From Eledone cirrhosa (taxonomy: Eukaryota), in the NCBI GenBank assembly GCA_964016885.1, contig OZ024757.1:5270001-5334000 (forward strand): 64,000 nucleotides of DNA. Direction: 5' to 3'. The notes below the pieces were generated by a model that was not told the DNA's origin, did not search any database, and saw nothing but the letters and a program-made list of their open reading frames with translations. Made by a program: the position numbers and the translations under genes. Below, in pieces: positions 12,190-27,029 of this stretch (its first letter is position 1; every line of letters begins with the position of its first letter).

Positions 12190-15100
12190 ATCATCATCAT
12201 CATCATCATCGTTTAACGTCCATTTTCCACGCTAGCATGGGTTAGACGGGAGTTGTCCCATTTGAGGCAAGGCTGGTCGGGTAACCGTCTCCTCATATAG
12301 GACTATCTGGAAGGTTTTCTACGGCTGGATGCCCTTCCTAACACCAACCACATTTACTGCGTGGAACTGGGAACTTTTTACCGTGTTACCTACACGGCCA
12401 CATTACAGTGTGGACTGTGTGTATTTTTGTCGTGACACCTACACGATATCGAGCTCATTTTCTAGTGCTGTTGGTGGGAGTGGGAGGATAGGGTAGGGGT
12501 AGTGGACTGGGGTGTATATTTGGTCAAGAGGTGCCTACTGACTGTAGGTTTCACTTTGTACATAGGCAAGGCGGGTCTTCTGTATTTCATCCCAGGTTTT
12601 TCTGCGTCTACCTACTCCGTAACTACCTTCAATTTTGATCGCCCTACTGTTTTTTATGCAGCTGTCGTCTTTCATGCGCATCACGTGACCATACCAACGT
12701 AGTCTTCTCTCAAGTAAACAGCATCTGATCCCTCTTATTCCTAATTTGTCACTTAGTTCATTTATGCTTTGCTGTTCACGTATATTACTATTACACATCC
12801 AACGGAGCATGCATGCTTCATTCCTTTCCAGTCTACGCAGGTCCTCTGCACGTAATGCCCATGTCTCACTGCCATGTAGCATTGCTGTTCATATACAAGT
12901 ACATACAATATGCCTTTCATTTTTAGAGAGCAACCTTTTGTGGCCAACAGCGGTATAAGCTCTCTGAACTTTTTCCATCTCGTTCTGACTGGCTACTGTA
13001 CTTTCAGAACACCCTCCACCACTGCTGATTTCGTCACCCAGGTAACGGAAAGTGTCTAGTATTTCTACAGAACCATCTGGGCAATAGAAGGAGCTAGTAT
13101 CCTTTGGACACTTGCTACCTATTGCACCTGAGCATCAGCCACATATAAAGTCTACGTTCTTAGATAGTTTACCTGTGATGCCCACTACATCTTTTATGTA
13201 CCCATACTTTGCATTTGGGACATAAAATGGAATTTCTACCTACTCCTTTCCTACACACTGAGCATGGCCATTTCCCTGAGGGCACCTGTGCCCTATTTTC
13301 CTTTCTACAAACTAGAACTTTCGTCTTAGACAAGTTAACTTTAAGGCCTTTTGATTCTAGGCCATGCTTCCATGTTTGGAATTTCTTCTCTAGTTCAGCC
13401 ATTAATTTAGCTATGAGTGTTAGATCATCAGCGTATAGGAGTTCCCATGGGCAGCCGGACTTAAACTCCTCTGTTATAGCCTGAAGGGCAATAATAAATA
13501 AGAGGGGGCTAAGGACAGAGCCTTGATGAATGCCAACTTTTACATTAAATTCTTAACAATATTCATTGTTAATTCTAACCTTACTGACTGTTTCATTATA
13601 CATAGGTTGTATAGGTCTCACAAGCCATTCATCTACACCTAGTTTTCTGAGAGCCCACCAGATAATTGAGCGGGGGACTCTGTCAAAAGCTTTCTCCAGA
13701 TCTACAAAAGCTAAGTAGAGAGGTTTACTTTTAGCTAGGTACTTCTCTTGTAGTTGTCATACAAAGAAAAGAGCGTCTGTGGTACTTTTACCTGGCACAA
13801 ACCCAAACTGCATTTCATCTAGATCAATTCGCTCTCTGATTAGTTACGCTATAACTCTTTCTGTGACCTTCATGACCTGGTCAACTAACTTAATGCCTCT
13901 ATAGTTTCCCCTATCTTGTAGCAGTTTATAATGATGCTGCTACGCCAGTCTTTTGGTATTACCCCATTCTGTATTACTTGGTTAAGTATACGGGTGATCA
14001 TAGTGTGTCGCACCATACCAGATGCCTTCAACATCTCAGCAACTATCTCCGAAAACCCAGCTGCCTTGCCTGTCTTCATATCTTTGATTGCCTTACTTAT
14101 TATACTACCTTTAACTTGCACCGCTGGTCCTTCTATTGGATCGATTTGGGGCAGACTTTCTTTTTCCCATTTATTCTCCTCATTTAATAGTCTCTCGTAG
14201 GTGACACTTCCTGGCTATCTTCTTATTAGTATCAGTGAGCGCAAGTACACCATTATCATTACAGACACACTTATCTCCGACAATATCTCAGTTTTCATTG
14301 ACACATTGTCGAGCAATCCTGAACACCTCACGTTCTTGGTCCTCACGTTGTAGAACATGCTTGAACTTTCTATCCTCTGCTACCCTTTTTGCAAGGTACA
14401 CTTGTCTCCTAGCTTCTCTCCTGGCCACTTGATAGTGCTCTCTACTTCCCCCATCTTGCCATACTTTCCAAGCCTGCTTTTTGGCCTTGATTGTCTCTTC
14501 CACTTACTGTTCCACCACCAAGTTACTCTTCTCCTGCCAATAGGTCTGCTCCAGCGACAGATTTCATCCGTTGCTTTCAGCAGGTTCACTTTCAGGAATT
14601 CCCACTGTTCCTCTATATCGCACGTCTCTAATTGCTCTTCCTTATTGTCAAAGGCATCAAGTAATAAACTTTTAAATTTATCACTAGCTGTGGGGTCCTT
14701 TAACTTTCATATTTTTCTCCTTAGGGTAGTCCTCCTCTGTCGTCGAGTACGTCTATTCCTGACTATGAGGTCACTAAGTACTAGGCTATGTTGGGAGGTG
14801 CATTCTTCACGGGGGAGGGATTTTGTGTTTACAACAGACACTTTGTCCTGTCTTCTAGTAAGGATATAATCTATCTGGCTGGCGTGTTCCCCTGATGTAC
14901 AGGTGATGAAGTGGTTTGCTCGTTTTTGAAGTTTGTGTTACAGATAGTTAGGTTATTAGCATCACAAAATTCCATGATTCTGAAGCCTTCCTCATTTCTA
15001 GTACCAAACCCATAGCCTCCATTGATTCCATCATAGCCATCACTATGTTGTCCAATGTGACCATTTAGGTCACCAGCAATAATTATGCAGTCACTGTCTG

Positions 15101-15200
15101 TTATTTGGGAGGTAGTGTGCATTGGCGACTCATAGAACCTGTCTTTTATCACATCAGTAGACCAGATTGGGGTGCATAAGCGGATATTATTGTCACAGTA
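12190..15200 (-). mobile_element. 5'-truncated, frameshifted RTE LINE of the same family as the intact copy
   Basis: Colinear ORF pieces (AGDLNGH, KGLKVNLSKTK, LRWYGHVMR), the same 3'UTR and a (GAT)n tail. Confidence 0.92.
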
Positions 15201-15302
15201 GTGTGTGTGTGTATTTCTACATATATATAATTGAATTAAGACTAGTTCTATTTAGAACTAGTCTTAATTCAATTATATATATGTAGAAATACACACACAC
15301 AC
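15201..15302. repeat. Perfect palindrome with 50-bp arms and a 2-nt loop
   Basis: 15201-15250 is the exact reverse complement of 15253-15302. Confidence 0.9.
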
Positions 15303-15394
15303 ACACACATATATATATATGTAGATACACACACACATACACATATATATATGTAGATACACACACACATACACACATATATATATATGTAGAT

Positions 15395-15427
<33 letters not shown>

Positions 15428-15597
15428 GCTACACACACACATATATACACACACACAGATATATTTATATATACATACACACATCTATATACATACACAC
15501 ATACACAGATAGATATATATACACATACACACATATCTATATATATACATACATACATATATACATACACACACACATATATATACATACACACATA

Positions 15598-15661
<64 letters not shown>

Positions 15662-15690
15662 CACACACACATATATATACATACACATAG
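15303..15690. repeat. Complex (CA)/(TA)/(CT) microsatellite
   Basis: Direct reading of the sequence. Confidence 0.9.
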
Positions 15691-16009
15691 AACGTGCAAG
15701 GAAATCCTGTTTCGTGTGTGAGAAACTATAGTAACTATCGTACCTACATTATAAACACTGGACATAGACTTCATTTCTAGCCTATATACATCTCTTAATT
15801 ATATATACATGTGTAGATCTTTTTATATACACACCCATAGAATAGGAAAACAGAAAGAAAATATATTTTATTGATCTCCTTAACAAGTGTGTTATACTTA
15901 GACATATCTATTTGTTTATCTATTGTTGTATTGTATGGATGGACAGACAGAACATAATTGCTATGGTGACATCCATAGATGAGGTGTGTGTAATAAAATT
16001 GTTCACTGT

Positions 16010-16110
16010 CCCAAAATAGAAGATTGCCAGGAAAATCACGTCTGTCATCTATGTACCGAACCCAAGAACTATTTCCAAAATAGATAGATTCAATGTGGTA
16101 AATGTCATGT
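16010..16110 (-). mobile_element. Possible Penelope-type RT fragment
   Basis: Translation contains HIES...WVRYIDD, resembling the PLE catalytic motif W.RY(V/I)DD. Confidence 0.35.
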
Positions 16111-16419
16111 TTCTCTCTGTCTTCAATGTGCCATAAACTTTCCAAAGATCCCAGGTCAAAAAAAATGAGACACCATATTTCTATGATGGATGGACTCTGG
16201 GTAAAGGTGCTGCTACCAAATTGGTCCTTTCAGTCCCTGGTCTGTGTGTCTTCCTATACCATTGCTGTTGAACAACACAAACCAACTACCATGTCTTCCC
16301 CTCCCATTCCTGTTGAAGAACATCAACAACAACAACAACAAAAATAGACCCTCAATACAGAAGTTGTGGAAGTTTGACAACTGATTTCTACTTTAAGCCA
16401 AGAAATAGCAGGAAAACAG

Positions 16420-16715
16420 TACAGACCCCATGACTTTCAGAAACATCTTTTCATGCTCAGAGTTACTGAAGCATGGAACCAACTACCTGCATCAGTTGTT
16501 AGCTGTCAGGACACTGCATCCTTTAACACCTCCATCCTTCCTGAAATTCTCCAACACTACACCTGATATCCTCACCTCCATACATGCACGCATGTGTGTG
16601 TATATCATGACTCAATCACTGTTCACTTTCCTGATATTTCTACATTACTCTATGTACAATACATGCACCTTTGATGAGTTGTAGTGCACCTGAGCATGAT
16701 TTTCATTATTATTAT
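16420..16715 (+). mobile_element. CR1/L2-type LINE 3' end
   Basis: FQKHLFMLRVTEAWNQLPASVVSCQDTASF matches the CR1 ORF2 C-terminal pattern (FF..RV...WN.LP..VV....SFK); ends in (ATT)n. Confidence 0.7.
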
Positions 16716-17123
16716 TGATTATGGATTGGCAGTATCAGTAGAGTGTCACACACCATGCTTTGCAGCATAGAGTTATGTCCCTGAACGTTCTGAGTTCAAA
16801 TCCCACCTTTTATTATAAATCAGCATCATCATCATCATGAAAGGCACTGCTGATTTAATCATGGCACCAGCACTAGGGATGTTGTCATGTCTTTGAAACC
16901 ACTACAGAATCCTCTCTATCCTTTGTTTGGAAAGTTTTGTATGACAGGAAGCCCTTCCTATTACCAACCACATTACAGAGTGTACTGGTTGTATTTTATC
17001 ATGTCACCAATACTAGAGAGGTTGTTGTAGCCTTCACACATAATCTCTGTAAACTTGTATACAATGTAATATTTGGTGTAAATTAATGTTGTTGGTGGGT
17101 TGTATCTTTATTTTCTTTTACAG

Positions 17124-17266
17124 AGCTGTATGTCCCCCATGTAAGGTTAATAAAGCCACCAATACATCCAACCCATGTCAACATAAAGTTGATTGTGGAA
17201 AATGTTGTTCCACAATTGAACATTGTCCACAGTGTGGAATGACTGTATGTATGGTGGATGAATTTA
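17124..17266 (+). CDS. Exon encoding a RING-HC (C3HC4, IAP/Mind bomb-like spacing) finger
   Basis: CPPC-x11-CQH-x3-CGKC-x6-CPQC; acceptor ttttcttttacag ends at 17123; donor GTAAGT at 17267. Confidence 0.8.
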
Positions 17267-19404
17267 GTAAGTAATTCTTTGATAGTCTGTCTGTATATTT
17301 CCATTCATGACTTAGTGGTTAGTGTGTTTGTCTCATGATCATAAGGTTCTGAGTTCAATTCCCAGGAACATATTGTACCTTTGAACAAGACACTTTATTT
17401 CATGTTACTTCAGTCTACTTAGATGGGAAAATGAGTTGTATTTGTAATTCAAAAGGCCAGCTTTGTTTCATACTTTGTTATGCTGAATCTCCCTGAGAAT
17501 TATAATAATGGTGACCGTTATTGTTACTGTAATTCAATGGTCCAGCTATATCACATACAACATATCACTGAATCTCCCTTAGAATCATGTTAAGAGAACA
17601 TATGTCTGTGGAATACTCAGCCACTCTCACTATAATACAAGATGGACTGTACCTGTAATTAAAAGGATCAGCTTGTCACACACTGTGCCATACTGGATCT
17701 CCCTGAGAATTACGCTATGTGTGTACATGTCTGTGGAATACTCAGCCATTTGCACCTTAATTACATGAGTAAACTGTTCTGTTATTCAAACAATTGGAAC
17801 ACTCATTGTTAGAACTGACAGATGTCTAAAAGACAGGTGTAACTTCTACTTCCTCAAATTTTCAGGTAGTTGGCTTCTCCCGCTACTGATGTCCACTGTA
17901 TTGATGGAGAGGGTGAGCAAAGATTTGAGAAACTATGATCTATTTATATAAGGGGTCTGTAGGAGCTAATTTATAATGTTGGGGTCATTTCATGGATCCC
18001 TTTCAGATATTTTCACTGCATTAATGTAGAGATGACTTGTTGAAGGTAGCTAATGAGGATTTGTGTAAGTGTACAGTGTTTTAGGACACCTGTTATCACT
18101 TTCCTTCTCACCTGTATAGAATAATCAGTGCTCACCGATAAGATCCTGTATCATTATGGAGGACACGTGACATGTAAATATTTGTAAATATTGCATGAAT
18201 GAAATGACATTCTGGTGAACACAGATGTATCTACTCCTATTTCATGTAGGCTATCATGAATTTCTGGCTAGGTCTTTGATAACCAGCTTGGCTGATATTA
18301 GAATTAAGAAGAAAATAAACAGAATATTTATTAGTAAAATACAGAGATGAGAGGACAGTGATGCTATATTGTAGATTTGGCATAAGTGAAAGACAAAGCT
18401 AGGAGAAAAACGTATAATCAGCTGATAGTGGAATGAGATAATTACAGCATTGTTAGAATATATAAGATGTTTTTATAGATAGAAAATATTTATAAAGTTT
18501 AACATATTTTGTTGTGAGCCTAAATACTCAGATATAACCTGATATAACAAGAAGAGAAAATATTGACTAAAGCCATTGTGATCACTAGTTGACTTCTGAT
18601 GATAGGAATGTCTGAAAATATCAAATATAGATTATAAACAGGAATAGAAAATCTTTACAGTAAAATGAAAAAAACCGGGAAATATTTTTTCAGGGTCTCA
18701 AAAGCCGAATGAGAAAGTCCTGTGGAAGGTAGGAGAACTGTTAGTGGGAAAATGGTTTGAAGTTGGTGAGTATAAGATTACAGTATCTTGTTGATTTCTA
18801 TAAAGTTTACTTTTAACTGAATTGGTAAAAATGTATAAATTAGAAGACACAATATAACTAATATTGTCTTCTAAAACAGGGAATAAAAATCTGTTGGTGT
18901 ATTGGGGTAAACATGTGAGTTAATGGGAATGTTTTTGTTTGTTTTTATAGGTTTTATAGGTTGTTTTTATAGGTTTTATAGGTTGTTATAGTTATTTAGT
19001 CTCGGGTCTGCCATTATCTGCAGATTTATAATGGAGGGTGTTCCAGGTGTGACCACCCTACATTATTCCTAGAGATTGTTACTCCTTCATTCTTCAGTCA
19101 TCTTGGTATTATGAGATGGTGTAGTCTTATTGTTATGGTTATGGTCTTCCTTTGTCCACACTCTCTATCAAAGCCTTCCTTCTCTGGAAAAAGATTTAAT
19201 ATTCACAACCATCTGTCTATTTGTTTTCTGATGAGAATAAAGTTAATCTAGCTTGTATGTCTACCTGATCAAATGACTGGCTGATATCTTGAAGTCATTT
19301 ACATCACAGAACTGTAGGAGTCTTTATCCCTCAAGCCATTCCTCTAGCCATCATGTACTCCAAAAGAGTCATCTTCGTGCTACTCAACATGTCCATTAAA
19401 TTTA

Positions 19405-20735
19405 GCAGCAAGGATGCCCTCTTCTTAGTGAGACAACTACAAGAGATGTTCTTAGAGAAGAATAAGCTACTTTACTTAGCTTTTGTTGACCTAGAGAAGG
19501 CCTTTGATAGAGAACCCCGATCTGTCATCTGGTGGTCCCTAAGGAAACTAGGTGTAGTGGAATGGCTTGTGAGGACAGTGCAAGCTACGTACAGGGGTGC
19601 TGTCAGTAAAGTGAGGGTAGGAAAGGAGTTTAGTGAGGAATTCCAGATATATGTAGGTGTACATCAGGGTTCTGTCCTCAGTCCGCTCTTGTTCATTATA
19701 GTCCTCCAAGTCATAACAGAGGAGTTTAAGACTGGCTGTCCATGGGAACTTCTCTATGCTGACGATCTGGTTCTTATAGCAGAATCAGTAGAGGAGCTAG
19801 AGAATAAATTCTGGCTATTGAAACAGCAGTTGGAAGCAAGAGGACTGAGAGTGAACCTAGCTAATACAAAAGTGTTGATGAGTAGAAAAGAGGACAAAAC
19901 TCTGATTCCGTCAGGGAAATGACCATGTTCGATATGCAGAAAAGGAACTGGCATAAATTCTATAAAATGCACACAATGCAGATCTTGGGTACACAAGGGA
20001 TGTAGCGGGATAGCAGGCAAACCAACAGGTAGGAAGAAATACGTATGCAGTTGATGTACAGGGAAATTTGACAGAGATTGCAGTGATAGACACATTTTTC
20101 AAATGCAGGTAGGATCTATAGAGGTAGTTGATAGCTTCTGATACCTAGGTGATCAGATTAGTAAAGGAGGAGGGTGCTCCGAGGCCATAGTATCTAGAAT
20201 AAGGATGGGTTGGAAGAAGTTTAGGGAGCTGCTTCCTCTGCTGTTGAAGAAGGGTTTCTACCTACGAACGCAAGGCTGGTTATATGATGGCCGTGTGAGA
20301 TGTGTGATGTTGCATGGTAGTGAGAAATGGGCAGCAACTGCAGAAGAAATGTGACGGCCGGAGAGAAATGAAGCAAGCATGCTCCGTTGGATGTGCAATG
20401 TCAATGTGTGTGAATGACCCAGCATAGACCAGTTGAGAGAGAAACTGTATAAGAAGGATAAGATGTAGTGTGCAGGAGAGAAGACTGTGTTGGTATGGAT
20501 GTGTGATATGCATGGCGGGTGACCGCTGAGTAATGAAGTGCCAAGATATCCTAGTGGAAGGAAGACACAGTAGAGGAAGACCACAAAAAACATGGGGAGA
20601 GGTGGTGAGAGCAGACCTCAGATCGCTGAAGCTCACAGAGTAGATGACAAAGGACCGTGTCAAATGGAGAGATGATGAATAGGACCCATCCCACCCTTGC
20701 AAGCAGGGAAAAGAGGATGTAAAATGATGATGATG
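19405..20735 (+). mobile_element. RTE LINE 3' half (RT to tail), degraded
   Basis: FVDLEKAFD, GVHQGSVLSPLLF and LYADD in ORF 19353-19922; stop codons downstream; (GAT)n tail. Confidence 0.9.
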
Positions 20736-21205
20736 AGGAAATGTTTGTCACTTGTCATTGATGTCTTGGTAGATTTTAGGCAGAAAGATGACTATTTCAG
20801 ACACTGATCTTGTGATGTTCTTGAGGGGTCTTCAATCCCATCCTTTAAACCTTTCCTATGGATGACATGTTGTGAATGTTGGTTATCAATGTTGGATATT
20901 TAAATTCTGAACAAGTTCTGACAATACAAACACTTCTGCCATTTCTTTGCCATAATTTTCTCAAGTCTATTTTCTTTAATCTTCTTCTTCTTTCTTCTCC
21001 TCACTTCAACTTCTTTATTTTTGTCGGTATCCTTGGAAACATACAACAATATTTTAGAATTTTTATGTTAATTATTTCTATTACTCTACAGCTAGTTACT
21101 TTGTTATTTACAACAACCTGTCGTATACATATTTTATATAACTAATCTATTTAATGTTGTTGTTGTTGTTGTAGTATTGGTTTCTTATTGTTTTATATTT
21201 TACAG

Positions 21206-21375
21206 GTATTCAATTAGAAGTTCCATCTATTGAACTTGACACAATAGAGCATGACAATCCTAAGAGTGTTGTGAAACAGGCTTTTCTAATGTTACGCAGA
21301 TGGTGTGAAAAATGTAAACCAGAAAAATGCACCATAGCCACTCTGAAAGAAGCTCTAAAAGTAAAAATGTTTTGA
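21206..21375 (+). CDS. Exon encoding the central/C-terminal part of a death domain
   Basis: Acceptor ttttacag ends at 21205; IQLEVPSIELDTIEHDNPKSVVKQAFLMLRRWCEKCKPEKCTIATLKEALK fits the DD pattern (ID.I..D.P....Q...ML..W......T...L..AL). Ends at a possible donor at 21361 or at TGA 21373-75. Confidence 0.7.
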
Positions 21376-21595
21376 GGCTCTTCATTGTCTAGATTCAGAG
21401 GAAAACTAGTCTCTATCATCATCATCATCTTATATCTGTGTTCCATTCTAGCATTAGCTGGATGGGTTGTGTTGTCATGGAACGAGACCAGACATTGCTG
21501 GATGGTGTTTTCAATGACAACCACTTTACAGAGTGAACAGGGTGTATTTTACTGTGGCAGCAACTCTATCACGCTACACCACCACTTTATACCCT

Positions 21596-21642
<47 letters not shown>

Positions 21643-21799
21643 ATGGGGGAAACGGAGGGAAAGAAAGAAAGTGTGAAAAAGAGAATTACATTTACTAAAA
21701 ATATTGTTTATCACCAAATTATCAATAAATAAAATATTCTATTTTGGTAGATTCAGTCGTTTGTTAAATTTATTTAATTTATTTTGATATGTTGTATAT

Positions 21800-23278
<1,479 letters not shown>

Positions 23279-23544
23279 TCACCAATAAAATAATTATTGC
23301 ATATCAACAAAGCAGTCTCTTACCTTGTTACTCGATGTGCTAGAAATAGCAGCAAACTCACTTTTAAACATTTTAAATTAAGAGAATTAGACATGTGGCT
23401 GTGTGTAGACATGAAGGGAAGTTAGTGGTTGTTATGAAAGAGGATGATAAACAAGACAAATGCCAATAATTCTGGTTAGATATAAGTTACTTCACTTCAG
23501 CAAAAAGGTAAAAAAATCTGATTACTTCAAATCATAAATATAAT

Positions 23545-23732
23545 TGTTTCTACTTTAGGCACAAGGCCAGCAATTACCCAGTACATTACGGGTATTTATT
23601 TTATCGACCCCGTAAGGATGAAAAGCAAAGTTAATCTCGGCGGGATTTGAACTCAGACTCTAAAGGGATATAACTATGCTAGAAAGCATGGCGTCCAACC
23701 CTCTATCGATACTGCCAATTCACCACCCTCAT
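23545..23732 (-). mobile_element. Full-length SINE family A with 14-bp TSD
   Basis: atcataaatataat at 23531-23544 and 23733-23746. Confidence 0.85.
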
Positions 23733-24689
23733 ATCATAAATATAATGTTTGATTGTAGTATTTACAAATGAATATAGTGTTGTATAATAAGGCTCCTGTA
23801 TTGTGCTGGAGAATCTTTGTTTAATATGCTATGTTTGATTAAACATTGACAAGTTGTAGTCAGACAGTATGTACCAGTAGAGGTAGTAGTAAGCAGTGGC
23901 AAGGGAGCTGTGTTGTTTATATGAAGAGGCAGATGACTGAGTTAGGACCACAGGACAGCCTATTTATAATGACAGCTAGTTATTTTTGATAAATAACAGA
24001 TGGCCCCAGAATATGTTCTCCTTTGTAGGAATGTGCTGTAAACCTAGCCCCCAGAAAATATATCTGTTGTCTTCTCTACGAGGTCACAGGTCACTTCGTG
24101 GTGGCCATGTCCATAAGAGAACACTGTGGGAAAACATTTCTTTCACTACACACACATATACATATATTATCATCATCATCGTCGTGTAAGGGATAGTTGA
24201 GTATAGACAGACTAAGTCAGTACTGATGCACGGCTGCTGACCTTCCAGGATGGTTAGGAGTCTGTTATCTCTCTTATGTATGATCTCACATACTATCAAG
24301 TGCACAGGAGAGGTTGTCATGTCTTTAACTCAAGTGAAGGGTCCTCCCAGCACTTTGTATGGCAAGATTTCTATGGCTGGATACCCTTCCTAGCACCAAC
24401 TTTATAGCATGTAGTGGGTGTATTTATCTTGTAGATCACCAACACTAGGAACATTGTCCTGTCTTTGACACCACTGAAGGGTCCTCTTCACCTGTCTCCT
24501 GTCTTTTTCCATGAAGATGAGAACACTAAAGTGGTGGGGGTGGCATTCACCAATGTCAGAAACGGGGAGGTGTAGTGATGGAGAGAATAGCAGAGTGATA
24601 GGGAAGGGGGCATGGTAGCTACTAAGGTGTGATAGTGAAGGGTTCTAAGGGTTTATAGTGAGGGAGACAGAAGCTAAGGGATAAATACT

Positions 24690-25175
24690 AGATGGAGGTG
24701 GCATGGAAGGATTGGGGGTATTTAGTGGAGATGAGGAGAGCTGCTAGGAAGTACTAGTGGAAGGGGGCATGGATGGAGTGGGGGTAATTAGTGGAGATGA
24801 GAGCTGCTAGGGAGTACTACTGGAGGGGGGGGGGGGCATGGATGGAGTGAGGGTATATATTGGTGATGAGGAGAGCTGCTAGGGAGTACTAGTGGAGGGG
24901 GGCATGGATGGAGTGGGGGTAATTAGTGGAGATGAGGAGAGCTGCTAGGGAGTACTAGTCGAGGGGGCATGGATGGAGTGGGGGTATTTAGTGGAGATGA
25001 GGAGGGCTGCTAGGGAGTACTAGTCGAGGGGGCATGGATGGAGTGGGGGTATTTAGTGGAGATGAGGAGAGCTGCTAGGGAGTACTAGTCGAGGGGGCAT
25101 GGATGGAGTGGGGGTATTTAGTGGAGATGAGGAGAGCTGCTAGGGAGTACTAGTGGAGGGGGGCATGGATGGAGT
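24690..25175. repeat. G-rich minisatellite, 65-bp unit, about 7 copies
   Basis: gagggggcatggatggagtgggggtatttagtggagatgaggagagctgctagggagtactagtc at 24961, 25026 and 25091. Confidence 0.9.
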
Positions 25176-25319
25176 ACATAACAGTGAGGGGAGTGTCTAC
25201 TAGATTGTGAACTGTGAGGGATTCTAGAGGTTTTGAAGGGGGCAACAGATAAGGAGTGGGGGTGGTGTAGTGAAAAATACCTGTTAGGGAGTGCTAGGGA
25301 GAGGGAAGATAAGGGGATA

Positions 25320-26180
25320 GGTCAGGCCACAGTGTATGCTGTTGACCAGGTCTTCACTATCATAACATAGTGCCAGCCCTTGTGGTCCTTTGTCATTTCT
25401 GTTGTGATGTCTTTTAAGGTCTTCACACACTCATCCCATGTCTTCCTGGGTCTGCCTCTTCCAATGGTCCTAACCACATCAGTTTTTCTCCATTTCTTTA
25501 TGCAGCTGCTATCTTTCATACACATCACATGTCCATACCAACGTAGTCTTCTCTCTAGCACACTACATCTACTTTCTCTTATACCAACTTATTCCCTCAG
25601 TTTCCTAATGCTGCACATCCATCAGAGCATACATACATATAACACCAACACCTCCTCTATCTTCTGAGTCTCTATATCTTCTTCTTTACTGTGAAAAGTG
25701 TCAAACAAAATATCTCTAAATGTGTTCCTGGCTGAGGGCTCCTTTATCTTCCATATTCTTCTTCTCCAAGTTGCCCTCTGTCTCTGAGTTCCTCTAGTCA
25801 TAACTATAAAGTCACTAACTACTAGGTTACACATTCATGTCTCAGGTATCTTTTTACCTTCCTCTATACCCACTCTACTTCTTCACATCAATAGAGTACT
25901 CCCTTGATTTGTGGTCTCAGCACCGTAGACTTTCATCATTGTTTAACGTCCATTTTTCCATGCTAGCATGGGTTAGATGAGTTGTCCTATTGTGAGACAA
26001 TTCAGATCAGATGACCGTGTCTTGGTTTCCATGACTGGATGCCCTTCATAACGCCAACTACTTAACAGTGTGTACTGGGTGCTTTCTGCAGTATCACCAA
26101 AATGACAACTTTACAGTGTGGACTGGGTACTTTCAGGGCACCAAAATGACAACTTTACAGTGTGGACTGAGCACTTTTTG
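25320..26180 (-). mobile_element. Internally deleted RTE fragments
   Basis: LRWYGHVM...GRGRPRKTW adjoining RRRIWKIKEP; tail motif near 25940-26100. Confidence 0.7.
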
Positions 26181-26335
26181 TTCTCCTTCTTGCACTTGCA
26201 GTAAAAGCAGGCACGAAATATCGCAGCAGATACAGTAAAAGCGTCCAAATATAAGGACGTATGACACCGGTAAGAGAGGTGAAACATTGTCAACAACACC
26301 GAGTACCTGCTGTCTTCATTATAACTTTAATTAAT

Positions 26336-26519
26336 GGCGGTGGATTGGCAGTATCGGTAGAGGGTCGGACGCCATGCTTTCCAGCATAGTTACGTCCCTT
26401 TATGATTTGAGTTCAAATCCCGCCGAGGTTGACTTTGCCTTTCATCCTTACGGGGTCGATAAAATAAAGTACCAGTAATGCACTGGGTAATTGCTGGCCT
26501 TGTGCCTAAAGTAGAAACA
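26336..26519 (+). mobile_element. Young full-length SINE family A with 18-bp TSD
   Basis: TSD attataactttaattaat at 26318-35 and 26520-37; A and B boxes intact; the central gcctttcatccttacggggtcgataaaataaagtaccag resembles a Meta-type SINE domain. Confidence 0.9.
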
Positions 26520-26579
26520 ATTATAACTTTAATTAATATAATTATATCTTGTGTAACAATTATATATATATATATATAT

Positions 26580-26985
26580 ACACAATTTACTCTCCCCGAC
26601 ATCAGTCTTACACTGTCATATCTATTCTTACTTTACAATTGTGTCTACTAAGAGTTCCATTACAATCTGTAGTAGCAAAACTACTATTTCACCAGAACAT
26701 CTGCTATCAGTCATTTATAGACAATATATATATTTTAGACCACATATCAACCTAATATATAGATATTTCCTATCAAATCTGTAGCTAAAGACATAAAGTC
26801 AGCCTCACTACTTCATTCTGACAAGATATCAATTTATGACTAAAGATGAAGAAGATACACCAACGTTAATGTCGTGAAATAAAGCTGATAACATTGAAAC
26901 TTCTAATTTGATAACAAAGAGATTATTTCTTTGGTTAGTAAAACCTAACAACACAACACATTGATTATATGTGAAGGAGGTAAGT
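26580..26985 (+). other. Repeated upstream-exon module, copy 1 (donor GT at 26980)
   Basis: Near-identical to the copies at 32490, 44630 and 62625; ends GAG|GTAAGT. Confidence 0.6.
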
Positions 26986-27029
26986 TGACAAAGATTTACT
27001 TAAAGTCTATATTAATGATAGCCACAAAT

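Noticed and set aside
26336-26420. tRNA-like A and B boxes here and in other SINE heads
   Set aside because: No cloverleaf; they continue into SINE bodies with TSDs, so they are not tRNA genes.
26549-26755. ORF recurring in cassette copies (also 62601-62801 and 44592-44834)
   Set aside because: Non-ATG starts, and the frame varies with (TA)n length, so it is not conserved as coding.
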